NCBI GenBank assembly: GCA_050084985.1
Contig: JBITNC010000001.1
Location: 180,854,001-180,918,000 of the forward strand
DNA from: Nageia nagi
Taxonomy: Eukaryota > Plantae > Pinophyta
DNA: 64,000 bases
Direction: 5' to 3'
Shown here: positions 53,373 through 64,000 of the stretch, piece by piece
Layout: each line of letters begins with the position of its first letter
Position numbering within the stretch: position 1 is the stretch's first letter
The notes under the pieces: generated by a model
Seen by the model: only the letters and a program-made list of their open reading frames with translations
Database searches by the model: none
Told to the model about the DNA's origin: nothing
Made by a program: the position numbers and the translations under genes

Positions 53373-54063
53373 CTTCTTGAATTAGATCAAATTGAAGAAG
53401 AATCAAATTTTCATTTTTTAGCTCTTGGTATTTTATCTTAGTCGGATTGATTTATAAACCTAACTCAATGCTACTACAAAATTTCTTTGGTCGGGTTGAG
53501 TTATCAATTCAAACTGTGTCCAACTGAAGGAAAGATACTTAGTCATTTTCTAATTCAGATTTACTTATAAAGGATAAACCATGATCTATCAAATCATCTC
53601 AATCTGACTGAGATAAAATTGACTACTTTAGCTGGGTTGAGTTATCATGAGTAACTGGATCTGATTGTAAAACACTTGGCAAAAATTTCATTATCATGAA
53701 TACCTGGGTCTGATTGTCGACATGGCATTGTAAACATAAATTCATAGTTATCTTTTAGGTTTGCATGTTCAATCCGACTAAAGATATCTATTTCCACCAA
53801 GTTAAGTTGAAAACCAATCTGACTTATCAACAAACATTCACTCCAACAAAGGATTTCATTGTCTTTTATCAATTTCCACTCAATCCGACTGTGAGAATGT
53901 GCAGTGACATCCACTCTAGAGGTATAACCTCACCTTGAAAGCACTAAAGTTAACCTTAATCTTTCACTTTGACAAGGCTTTTAATAGTCGCATCCACAAT
54001 ATACACACAAACTTGCTTCGACTGAAGGTTTATTGCTTGCACTTGGGGATGCGAAAATGAACA

Positions 54064-56983
54064 GTGACCAGGTATATATATGTCGGCGAGATTTAGCACA
54101 ATAAATGCACGAAAAGACATGTGTCAGCCATTGATGGAAGAAAACCCTAGATCAGATGGCGGAATGGGTGATGTCAGCCTATGAATCATGAATCTAGATT
54201 TTATAGATCTAGGGTTTTTTGGAGTATGATCTAGATCTTGCCAGCCTATGAATCATGGATCTAGAAAAAGAGAAAAGAATAAAAGCATTGGAAGGTTTGC
54301 TCATAGAGCTCCAAAGAATGAATGATTTGATGGAACAACCAGATCCTACGGAGAGTTTAAACTTCTATCAGATCTACAGCTAGAGCATTCTTTTAAATAT
54401 TATCAGATCTAGGGCTATCACAACTTGATCTAGCTAAAGAGAAAGTAGCTATCATTAGATCTCCATATCCATGCAAGGAAACAAAGAATGCAGTCCATGG
54501 TCCAGTTTATGTCTATAGTGCTCCAGAACTTGAAAGTCTCCATTTTGTGTTGTCTTGTAAGAAGATTGATGATGTATCTACGTTTGAAGGAATAAAAGAG
54601 CAAGCAGAAGACATTCCTGTGGATAAATCTGAAGCTTCTATTGACAAAGTAATAAGAAATTAGCACCTAGAAGAGGATAAAATGAAGGAAAAGCAAGAAA
54701 AGCAATATTGTATGGATGATATGGTTGGGGAGATACCAAGCATGGTGCCAGTTTCATTGGACACAAAAGAGAGTATACAAGACATATATGTGGCTCTTGA
54801 GACAGGTAATGCTGATAATGGTTGGAGAAAGAATAAAATTTGTAATCCTCATTTTGTTCATAGGAGTTGTAACCCAAGTTTTTGATGTTGCAAGAGGTGA
54901 TGATGTAAGTGAAATCAGTGATCTTGGTGAAACACATAGTGTAGATGCAAAACAAGATAATGCGAAACAAATGAGAATCCAGTTACATGCTAGTTTGGGA
55001 GGTCACACAGCCGCTGCTTCATGTGTGGCATTCTCAAGATTTGATGAAGTTGCATTTCGCTTGAAGAATGGTACATTTTTGGATTTAGCTGGTAAAGTAA
55101 GTTATCTCTGCAAGGCTATAGCAGCAGTGTTGTTGGATAATAGGTTCAACATATTGTATGATGCGTATACACTGAGCTGTGTTTGCATGCAGCCATTATC
55201 AACCTTGTTTAATTTGATGGATGTATACAGAAGCAAGTTGGATTACACTGTATTGTCATGCCTGATTGATGTTTTGTGGGAAATTGGTAATGTTATATTG
55301 ATTTTTCTGATATCAAGCATTTGGGAGTTGTTTGGGGAGTCTTCTACAGCCACATCCAAGTGGATTCTGAGCAATGTTATGCCCACATTTCATGAACATA
55401 CAGGGAATCTTCGAATTTGTAGCTACTGTACCACTAACAGTTTGCCGATTTTGATAAAGTCAGATCATTATTTCTCATTTTTAGATTTGTGCAACAGTAA
55501 GGTAGGTTATTTCAAAGGTACAGGACATACGGAAAATACTGATAAGTGTTCCCAGCTGAAGCAAACAGTACTGTTTTCAATAGTTGAGCCTGTTTGTGAA
55601 CGAATACTCATACAACAACACAAAGTGGCTGCTATAGGGCAGGAACTGATTTCAATTCTGGAAATGTAAGTAAATATTGAACTTCAACCCAATAACGAGA
55701 ATGACGAAATCTGCCGGCTATTTTCAGTGTTGCTTGAGATTTTGGGCTCCATACCATTGTAATTATTCATTCCCATCCTACACTTAGGACTAGGACAATG
55801 AGTTTATGAGGCTGTTTTGGCAGGAGCTGTTAGGACTATGTGATGCAGTGTTTGATTTGTTGTTTGAGGAGAGTAAAGAACAACTTTGGCACGATGAATT
55901 CTCAGTCAGAATTATGCAACGTCAACATGATGGGTCTTCATTGAGATTGATTTGGGACCCTGTGATCACAATTTGTTTCAATTGGCATAGTCAGGTGGTG
56001 TTGAGACTGTGATGGGATCGCTTGAGGCCAAACCATTTTGGGAAGGGTGGACTTGTAATGTCCCCATTTTAATTCAGTTTTGTAAATATTGTTTAGGCAT
56101 GTTTTATTTTGTTTAGAAGGTGTGTTATGTTTTATTATTAATAAATTGACATTATAATGTGTCATGAACATTAGCACTTTATTTCAGCATATGCAAAAAG
56201 TTTTTTTTTTTTGAAGTTATGAGGGGACCCCACAATAGAATGTTGGGCTTTTAAAAGATTAATAAACATCTAAGGGTGCCGATTTAAGCTTGAACATCTA
56301 GGGGAGGAAACTTAATCTCCAACATGGAGCAATATGGAGCGTTGGATCTAAAAGTGGGTTCATGAAACCCTAAAGTGGAGCATTGAGTTATAAGAGGAGG
56401 AAATTGATCTTGTGTTAGAACCTTTTGCCATTTTGAAATCTTAGACATTATTGCTTCAACAATATCATTTCTTCTGCAGACGACCAACTACAGAAGTGGG
56501 ATCCAAAGTGGAAGGCCAACCTTGCTGGATAGAACTTGAGGAGTGACCAGCCTTAAGTTCCTTATGGACTCGAGTATGCATCAAGGAATTTTTCAGTTTC
56601 AAATTTGAGGGTGGAAACCCTAGTTTTGATACATCAATCAAATTGGAGAAAGAAAAGATGATTCGTGCAAGTTTCAGCCTGAGAAGACAACCAAGGTGGT
56701 TCACCCATTTTTGGAGCATTTTCAGATCAAAAACTTACCCAATGTGGGACGTCCAGCCCTAGGAGGCTCAGATCCTAAACTTGATGTATGTTTTGGATAC
56801 CCTATTGGCTATAATCCTTGTTTCCACTTTTGAATAATTTTTATAAAATTTGTGGAGCGTTGCTTGGGAAATTTTAAGAATTTTCTATGAAGTTTTCTGC
56901 ATTATTTTCAGTTCTGAAATTTCTGTAGTCAAATCAGAATTTTAATTGCAAAATAAAGAGAATTTTTGGCAAGGTTTGTTACA
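54064..56983 (+). mobile_element. Non-autonomous gypsy-like element: internal region, PPT and 3' LTR (56054-56983)
   Basis: GCTTGAGGCCAAACC..GGGAAGGGTGGACT followed by TGTAATGTCCCC at 56054, a typical chromovirus-type 3' junction; TTACA ending at 56983; local similarity to the LTR at 60979-61947. No 5' LTR found. Confidence 0.6.
54716..55669 (+). CDS. 317-aa ORF of unknown function inside the non-autonomous element
   Basis: Long open frame only; no domain recognised. Confidence 0.3.
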   Translation: MIWLGRYQAWCQFHWTQKRVYKTYMWLLRQVMLIMVGERIKFVILILFIGVVTQVFDVARGDDVSEISDLGETHSVDAKQDNAKQMRIQLHASLGGHTAAASCVAFSRFDEVAFRLKNGTFLDLAGKVSYLCKAIAAVLLDNRFNILYDAYTLSCVCMQPLSTLFNLMDVYRSKLDYTVLSCLIDVLWEIGNVILIFLISSIWELFGESSTATSKWILSNVMPTFHEHTGNLRICSYCTTNSLPILIKSDHYFSFLDLCNSKVGYFKGTGHTENTDKCSQLKQTVLFSIVEPVCERILIQQHKVAAIGQELISILEM

Positions 56984-56999
56984 GCAATGTGATGGGCAA

Positions 57000-58500
57000 C
57001 ATACCCAACACCATATTTCAAAAACTGGCTTGAAGTCCATCACATTCAGCAGCCTTAATGGTATAAATTCTGTACATGGTCCTCTTGATTTTACCCCGAG
57101 GAAAAAAGGGAACATGTTGAAGAGGATGATATATTAATGGTAGGCTGGCTTGGGCCATTGTGCAAGGAATTGGTATGAGAGACCTAGATGTGAAGGTCAA
57201 TGCATGTAGAAGGGGGTTGTTGAGGAAGAAGGTTGTGCTAAAAGGCTTTAGTAGAGTGATGGAGAGCATCTAGAAGTTCACAATGCTTAATGGCAATAAC
57301 CTTTTGTTTCTTGTGTTGAATGAAAAATTTGTCGCCCCTTTGTGTGGATGTTTCAAAACAGGCTTATGGTAAGGACAAGCTGGAGCTTCTGATTCATACA
57401 TTTACATTCTTCATCATACCAATCGGAAAGGAATCAAGGGCAGCATACCATAAAGTTTGAAAATGGAATTCACAATTTGTTGCTGTGGTGGAATTGAGGG
57501 AAACGTATTTGAACATTAGTTGGGAGAGATGGACATCGTAATTATTGCCATCCCAAGAATCAAACCAAAAATAGGATGACAAGCAGGACTAGACATGGGA
57601 GGAAGAAAAGAGGAAGATAACGAAAAAGGGGATATCTAAGGAGAAAATCAATGTTGCATGATGAACATGATGAAGTTGACTAGAAGTAGAAACATGAAAG
57701 CAGTGGCTATTAAGAAGCATGGGCCTGTTGATAAGGACATAGTCAACCACACTTGGATCTCATCTGTGCAGAAAACATGTAAACTTGTATAGGTCTCGAA
57801 AGCAAGGAAGCCTGTTGAGTATCAAGAGGCCATACAACATATACAATCAAAGCAAATGTTTCCCTCAAGCAGCGTTAAAGCTTTCTTGTAGAGTACATTA
57901 GAGGGTTAAAAGACAAAAATAGTAGAGTGAATGCTTTTGTAACCAAAGTTCACTTGGAAGACCAAAACAAAGGGTTCTTGTTTAGCACGGTTCATGCTAA
58001 AAGAGGATTTCTGAGCCAACAATATTATTAATGGGGATGCATTTTGATGTCATTGTAGCTGGATGCTTCTGTGCTAACGCTAGTATAAGGGTGATATGAA
58101 CCAAACAAATTAAGTTTAAGAACGATACATGATAAGATAAAGATGTAGTTTATCCAGAAGTAGAAGATTATACAATATCAAAAAAGCAAACAAAGTTGAT
58201 AGACAAACCTTCTATTTTTGACCTAGATGTTGAAAAGGAGGAACGAAACATGGGAAACAGATGAAGAAAAGAGACGTGATCAAATAAGCAGTGTAAAAGT
58301 CCATTCCCTTGTGTTGAAAATTGTAATCCTCCAAAACCATGCATCACTTCTTTAAAAGATTTTGGATTTGAACTCCATAGGATAGGTCGTGATCATGTCT
58401 AGACGAAAGTGCAAATGTGAAAAGTGTTGGGAAATGGAACAAGGTAAGGTGGGGGGACTCTTTGGCTTACTTCTGGTATCCAAAGATCCCTATGCAAGCA
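57000..58500 (-). mobile_element. Old L1-type LINE ORF2 3' remnant
   Basis: FWFDSWDG (plant L1 FWxDxW motif) at about 57550-57570, PLLA*TV at about 57990 and RGKIK at about 57090, in the expected order. Very degenerate. Confidence 0.5.
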
Positions 58501-59950
58501 CCATAATCTACATGATTAGATTATTAAAAATACAAAATGGGCCTCTTTCTGGAATTCTGTGATATTGCAACTGGTGGGGCTCAAGTGAAAAGGGAGGTTT
58601 GGGGTTCAAATTTTGTCTACTAGTAATAAATTTTTTGCATCAAAGTAGTTGGTTACTATAGCTTTAAATTTGTTACTGTTGGAATTTTCTTGATTTTAGC
58701 ACTTGTTTGCTTCCTTATTTTTGCAAGTTCAGTCACCATACCACATTTAATGTTTTCTATATTATGAATGGTGTTTCTTTTGTTCCCAAGAAAAATTGTG
58801 AGATTTCAGTTTTGCATATGGGGAGCTAATTATGGCACTGTAAAATTGGATGTACAAAAACATTGAAATAATGCAGTTTCTTGAAAAAACGTTTCTAGTT
58901 GATACCACATATATGCATCAAAGTATGATCATAATTTCCTCCCATTGTAGTCTAACAAGGGAATCTGAAGCTATTAAATTCCAGAATAGCTACAGTAGTC
59001 ATTTATGGGATAGAAGATGAAAGATGTGTTTATTAGCTACAAATGAGATGCATTCTCCTGTGTCATGGTTTACATACATGGTATTTATGAACTGAAAGAA
59101 AATCTATGAGTCTTGGCAGAAAATCATACCTGAAATTTTAGCACTTGAATAAGTATTTACTATTTAATGAAGAGAATCACTGTTGAGGGCTGATTCTTGG
59201 AAGTAATGCATTTTAGACTTTAGTAATCATCTGCAGGCTAATCACTATGTCCTTTTAGCTGCCATTTGCTTAGGCTTCTTGGGAAGAGTCTCCTTAGAGA
59301 ATTCTTTACGATGAGCAAGTGATATAATGAAGGCTAATTGCAAAAGAATAAATACTGCTTTTTGTTTTTTAGCTTACTCATCTCTAATTAGAAAATGGAA
59401 CATGAGAAGGTGCTTCCACTAAAGTAGGTGTGGATAGAAGACCAATTATCCATGGACGATGCAGATAATAACAACATGATACAATGTTCAAGTTTTCTAC
59501 TTCCATAAGGGGTTGCATTGTATGAGGTCTCTGACTTAAATAAAACCACAAAGGAATGCTTCTTAAAGATTTTTATCTTATCTCTATTGCTGCTTCAAAT
59601 TGGTAAGATTATGTTCTAAGAGCATAATTTGATTCATGTTAATTTGCTGTCATATATAACTATGTTTTTGTTTGTTCCAGTTTTTAGAAGCAGGATGGCT
59701 GTTAGTATGATGGATCTGATATCTTTGTTGAGATGCAGTCTGTTTTAACATGTATTTTTTCACCTATGTTAAATCATAGTTGTCTCTGGTAGTTTAAGAA
59801 GTTCTGATTTATTTTCTTCTGTACCTTACTCTACTTTAAAACCCCCAAAAAAATATTCAACAAGCTGTTCATAGGGTTTTGACGTTTGCTTACATACTTT
59901 ATAACTTGGAATATTAATTTTTTTAATATTCTTTTGTTATGCCATTCTAG

Positions 59951-60248
59951 TGGCTAGTTGTTGGTGCAGGTGGCATTGGATGTGAAGTTATGAAAAACCT
60001 GATACTAATGGGCATTGGCTGCAGCCCAAATGGAAGCATAACAGTTTCTGATATGGATGATGTATCAAAACCAAACCTGACAAATCAAGTTTTATATCAA
60101 TTAGATGACTTGGGGCGATCTAAAACAGCAACAGCATCAAGGACTTTGCGTAAAATCAATCCTGCAGCCCAAGTTCGTGCTCTGCATGTTAAATTCAATG
60201 CGGAGTCCGAGAACATATTTGACTCATCCTTTTTTGATTCAATTAACG
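59951..60248 (+). CDS. E1-like gene, coding exon 3: start of the active adenylation domain; gene continues beyond the window
   Basis: WLVVGAGGIGCEVMKNLILMGIGCSPNGSITVSDMDDVSKPNLTNQVLYQLDDLGRSKTATA...INP...ENIFDSSFF, flanked by CTAG| and G|GTAAGA (phase 1). Confidence 0.93.
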
Positions 60249-60745
60249 GTAAGATTGTAAGAATGTTATCTTGCTAAACATGTTATCAATCTTTATATAT
60301 CTATTACTGCTATTATGATTTAGAGTTACAATTCAACTTGTGATAGGTACTTATTGTACATTATTGTTTATTGTGAATGTTTAGGGTGCATATATGAACT
60401 GAGCTGTTCAGCATGCGCTCTCAGTATAACTGTGTTGCATTTGTCAGAGGATGTGTATCATAAGACTTTTCAAAAACTTGCCTGCCATCTTTTGCTCCAC
60501 TGTTCAAGTTTACTACAAGGGGTTACGTGTGTATATGTTTCTTTTTGTATGCATGCACACACGCATTAGCATATATGCACAGTCATACTTGTTCTATGGA
60601 TAGAGGTATATCCATCACATCTTCTCCTGTGCTTGGTTATTGTCTCCACACTACATACTCATGTGACATGTCCATGTCCATTTTTTTATTCTTCCATGTC
60701 TTTTTTCTACACATCCTCAATTGCAAATATGTTTATGCATTTACT

Positions 60746-60978
60746 AATGTGTATTTCAGAAGTCTTGTCCTTGGATTTTAGTGTAGCGTCCTCTCTTCTT
60801 CTTCAACGTGCATTTTATGTTTCCAAGGAAAACTCAATTGATTCCTATAAAGCGCCAAGCCATTTTCTAGGGGGTGCCGATAGAACCCTTATTGGTAACT
60901 CCACAATGGTTGATAATGTCATTTATCTATAAAGCTGATGGGAATTAGGGGTTCTTAACTTGCGTGTTTGCAGTTCAT
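60746..60978. repeat. 233-bp direct repeat, left copy
   Basis: AATGTGTATTTCAGAAGTCTTG...GCAGTTCAT is repeated at 61948-62180. Confidence 0.92.
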
Positions 60979-61947
60979 TGCAATGTACCCAGTTTGATGT
61001 CCCTTTCATTTAATGCACATTAATGTTTTATCTGGATAAGGTGGAGTGGGATGTCCCTCTTCTTGGAGTAAATTGGTGTGTTTTGGTGTACTTAGGTGTG
61101 TTTTAAAATGATAATAAGGCATTATTAAATGTCCTCAATATTAGTAAATGTTTCTAGCATAATAAATGAGATCTCAAGGTGGAATTATAACACCTTAAAA
61201 GGGATGCTTAACTATATAAAGGTGCTTCTCATTTTGAAGGTAGATTTTTAATATTGCATTTGAACTTCATTTGGAGAGAGCGGTTGGACCAACATGTTTC
61301 CTATTTTTTATGGACGAAACCCTACAGAAGAAAGGTCTAGAGGATGAAAACCCTCTTGGATTTGAGAGCTTAAGGATGAAAACCCTTGAGTTCTCCATTG
61401 TTGGATCCATCCAGGTTCATATTTGAGCTTATCAATATTTTCTGCATTTAGATTTGAGGGTTTTGAGGCCCAATATTAGACATCCAGTTTTGGAAGGTGT
61501 GATTTCAATTCTTTGGCATCTCAGCCTTGCCTAGACTCAGACGCCAAGCAATAGAGAGGGTTTGTGATCAATTTTGTGGATCAGACGTCCATCCGTGAAG
61601 GTTTGGGAGTGCATTTTGTTCACCCAAAACTGGAAATGGAACTTCCCTAGTGGGATGTCCAGCATCTAGGGCTTGTTTTGTGTTGTTTTGAGGAAATTCT
61701 GTGATACTTCAGGTGTATAGTTTCTGATTTGCCTTGATCTGATTTGTACTGGAAATCTGAATTAATAAAACTGGTGTTGAGGTTGGTCTGCAATTTTCTG
61801 CATTTTTATTGGCATAAATACCTAGGGTTTGTTTAGATCTGCAATTTATGTCAATATTTATTCAGATCTGAAATTCTAAGGCACAATTTGAGTAGATCTG
61901 ATCATTTCTGGTATAAATTCTGGTTTTTCCTAGTTGGATTTATTACA
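60979..61947 (+). mobile_element. Solo gypsy-type LTR (969 bp)
   Basis: Starts TGCAATGTACCC, ends ATTACA, TATA-like CTATATAAA near 61212, and shares GTGGGA(T/C)GTCCAGC with the LTR at 56054-56983. Confidence 0.7.
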
Positions 61948-62180
61948 AATGTGTATTTCAGAAGTCTTGTCCTTGGATTTTAGGGGAGCTTCCTCTCTTC
62001 TTCTTCAACATGCATTTTGTGTTTACAAGGAAAACTCAATCAATTCCTATAAAACCCCAAGCCATTTTCTAGGTGGTGCTGACAGAATCCTTACTGGTAA
62101 CTCCACAATGGTCGATAACATCATATATCTATAAAGCTGATGGGAATTAAGAGTTCTTAACTTGCCTTCTTGCAGTTCAT
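61948..62180. repeat. 233-bp direct repeat, right copy
   Basis: Diverged collinear copy of 60746-60978. Confidence 0.92.
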
Positions 62181-64000
62181 ATTTGCTTTTATATATAAGT
62201 AACTCCTCTCATATTGTTGTACCTTTAAGGATGTATAATCATAAGTAATACTCTACTGTGGACATGCTTGGATGTCATTGTTTATTGTGCTTTTGATACC
62301 TTTGTACCATCTTAGAGGTTCATGGACCTCAATATAATTACTATATTTTCCCCTTATTGTTCAGGAGAAATAAGAGGGGCTTGCATTTCAAGGGATAGTA
62401 TCAGGGATCCATTATAGAGTTGTACTGTAGCTTGCTAATTTCAGAGGCCAATGTTTAAATATTAGAACCAGTAGTGACTTGACATACATAAGGTGATATC
62501 AGAGCTTAAAACTAGCTTAGAGTTTGTAAAACAAAAGAAAATAAATCAGGGTACATCTATGTATGCCTGTGGTCTAATTCTTTCTTTGTGGTATCTTCTA
62601 ATGCTATTGAGAGGCTTCACTATCCACGTTTACATATGACTTAATTGTTTGGATGAATTGTAGGCCTTCAATTTTTGTCATGGATTGAATAAGATGTTTG
62701 TAAAGGATCTCCTTCAAAAAACTAAATCTTCTGTGAAATTTCTTGTTTAAACCAAATTCATTTAACAAATGCAAATGCTATATCTCTTGAAGTTTTTCAC
62801 ATACTGTGTTTTATTCCATGTGATTCTTCTAAACCTCCTGCCATTTATCCATGTTCATTTTGATGCTTAGATTTCTATTTAGTATTTACTATTGTCTAAA
62901 TGTTCTTGCGATTCAGAACTTTTTGTACTTAAATTGGGAATGTGCCGCTTGTTTGGCTCAAACAATGAATTGCACAAGTGTTTTTTCAGATGGTGAGGGA
63001 CGTACCTGAAATATACATACGTGGAAAAGAAAAGATGCCATTTATCATATGTGAATGGAGGACGTAATAAATTTTCTTGGTGATGTTCTTATGTGTATGT
63101 CAAGCAATAACTTTACACCATGTTAACCAGTCTTGTGTAGATCACTTGCAATGCCAAATTATATGATGCCTGTATTTGTATGAGCGAGCAGTCCTCTTGT
63201 GTGTGTTGGTTGGGTAGTTGGTCATGTTATATACTGGTACCTCTACTTTACCTCCTCAATGCACTTGCTTGATACAAGTTTCAGAAAATTGGCATTGCAA
63301 AACTAACAACCAAGCATAAAGTGACAATTTTATATGGAGATGATGTAGAATGCTTCTTTTTGAAGGCATTTTGGACATTCAATTCTGTGTTGTCACAGCT
63401 TCTTTTATGCTCGAATATCATGGTGGTGCCTAGCATGGCCACTTTTTCATATTATTTCTATATGCTTTTGAAGTCACATGGAATTCATTGATGGTTGGAT
63501 TTCATCCAAAGAGATACTAGTTTCAAAAGATGATGGTTTGGTCACATAAATTCCTTTATTTATTCCATGCAATACAGAGAATCAAAGACTTCCTTATTAG
63601 GCCTTTGTTCAAGGACTAGTCATTTCTAAGAAACAATGAGCTTGCCCTTTCATGAACAAAAAGCATACTTTGCTCATTTTTGGACTATTATGTCTACTCT
63701 TTTTAAGTTACTTTATCCTTTCCTGCTATGAATTCGTATTGAATTTTAACTTATGCAATTCAGAGTCTCTAGGTGTTATATTGTCTTATGTTTATGATAT
63801 TAGAGATACTTCATGGAAGGCCCTGATGTGTTGTAAATCTTGTGACATTTTTTGAAGAACCTTACTGCCTCTGCCAATTTTGATTTGTTAGATGGACATG
63901 AAGTTGCGAAATATAGTATTTAAAAATGGCTACTTTGTATTTTTCATGTTTCCACTGGGACACGTTCCCCCCTCTGGAATAGCTGTTCTTGTCGTTCCCC

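Larger units (their letters stand above)
40343..54063 (-). mobile_element. TG...CA-bounded unit of about 4.7 kb (excluding the nested copia) with an extra ORF and no gag/pol; probable giant solo LTR
   Basis: TGTTAACC at 40343 and TGAACA ending at 54063; internal ORF homologous to 24655-28159. No TSD found, so the ends are tentative. Confidence 0.5.
39482..59950 (+). other. Intron of the E1-like gene, 20,469 bp
   Basis: GT at 39482 and TTCTAG ending at 59950. Joining gives FQEKIGHGQ|WLVVGAGGIGCE, collinear with E1. Confidence 0.9.

Noticed and set aside
60748-62179. TRIM with 230-bp LTRs
   Set aside because: No PBS, PPT or TSD, and the middle segment itself has LTR termini. Kept only as the alternative hypothesis.
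62981-63060. Candidate exon 4 after TTTTTTCAG
   Set aside because: The required phase gives DGEGRT*, with no ALDN..R-type E1 sequence. No fourth exon was found in the window.
63945-64000. GGGACACGTTCCCC, possible start of a hAT/MITE-like element
   Set aside because: Cut off by the window edge; no second terminus or TSD.

Overview
AT-rich, CpG-depleted plant nuclear DNA, most likely a gymnosperm (inferred from the 20-24 kb TE-filled introns and a Tat-type Ty3/gypsy with its extra RNase H upstream of RT). There is one host gene on the + strand: a divergent UBA1-like E1 enzyme with three visible coding exons (13920-15275, 39311-39481, 59951-60248) joined in frame by GT-AG introns of 24,035 and 20,469 bp. 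Its 3' part lies beyond the window, and its adenylation-site motif reads KPNLTNQ instead of KSNLxRQ. Upstream are two decayed, intron-containing plant-mobile-domain (PMD) genes and Tat/Ogre-like gag remnants. The introns hold nested retroelements: a CRM-like gypsy with a solo LTR inside it, a chromodomain gypsy interrupted by a 10.6 kb Tat element, a full-length copia (503-bp LTRs, TSD TTATT), a non-autonomous gypsy-like element, a LINE remnant, and a solo LTR flanked by 233-bp direct repeats. The most unusual structure is a pair of diverged TG...CA units (about 6.7 kb and about 4.7 kb) that look like giant LTRs. Each carries a homologous unknown ORF of roughly 1,100 aa downstream of its own array of CG-containing inverted motifs. 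All alignments and counts were done by eye.
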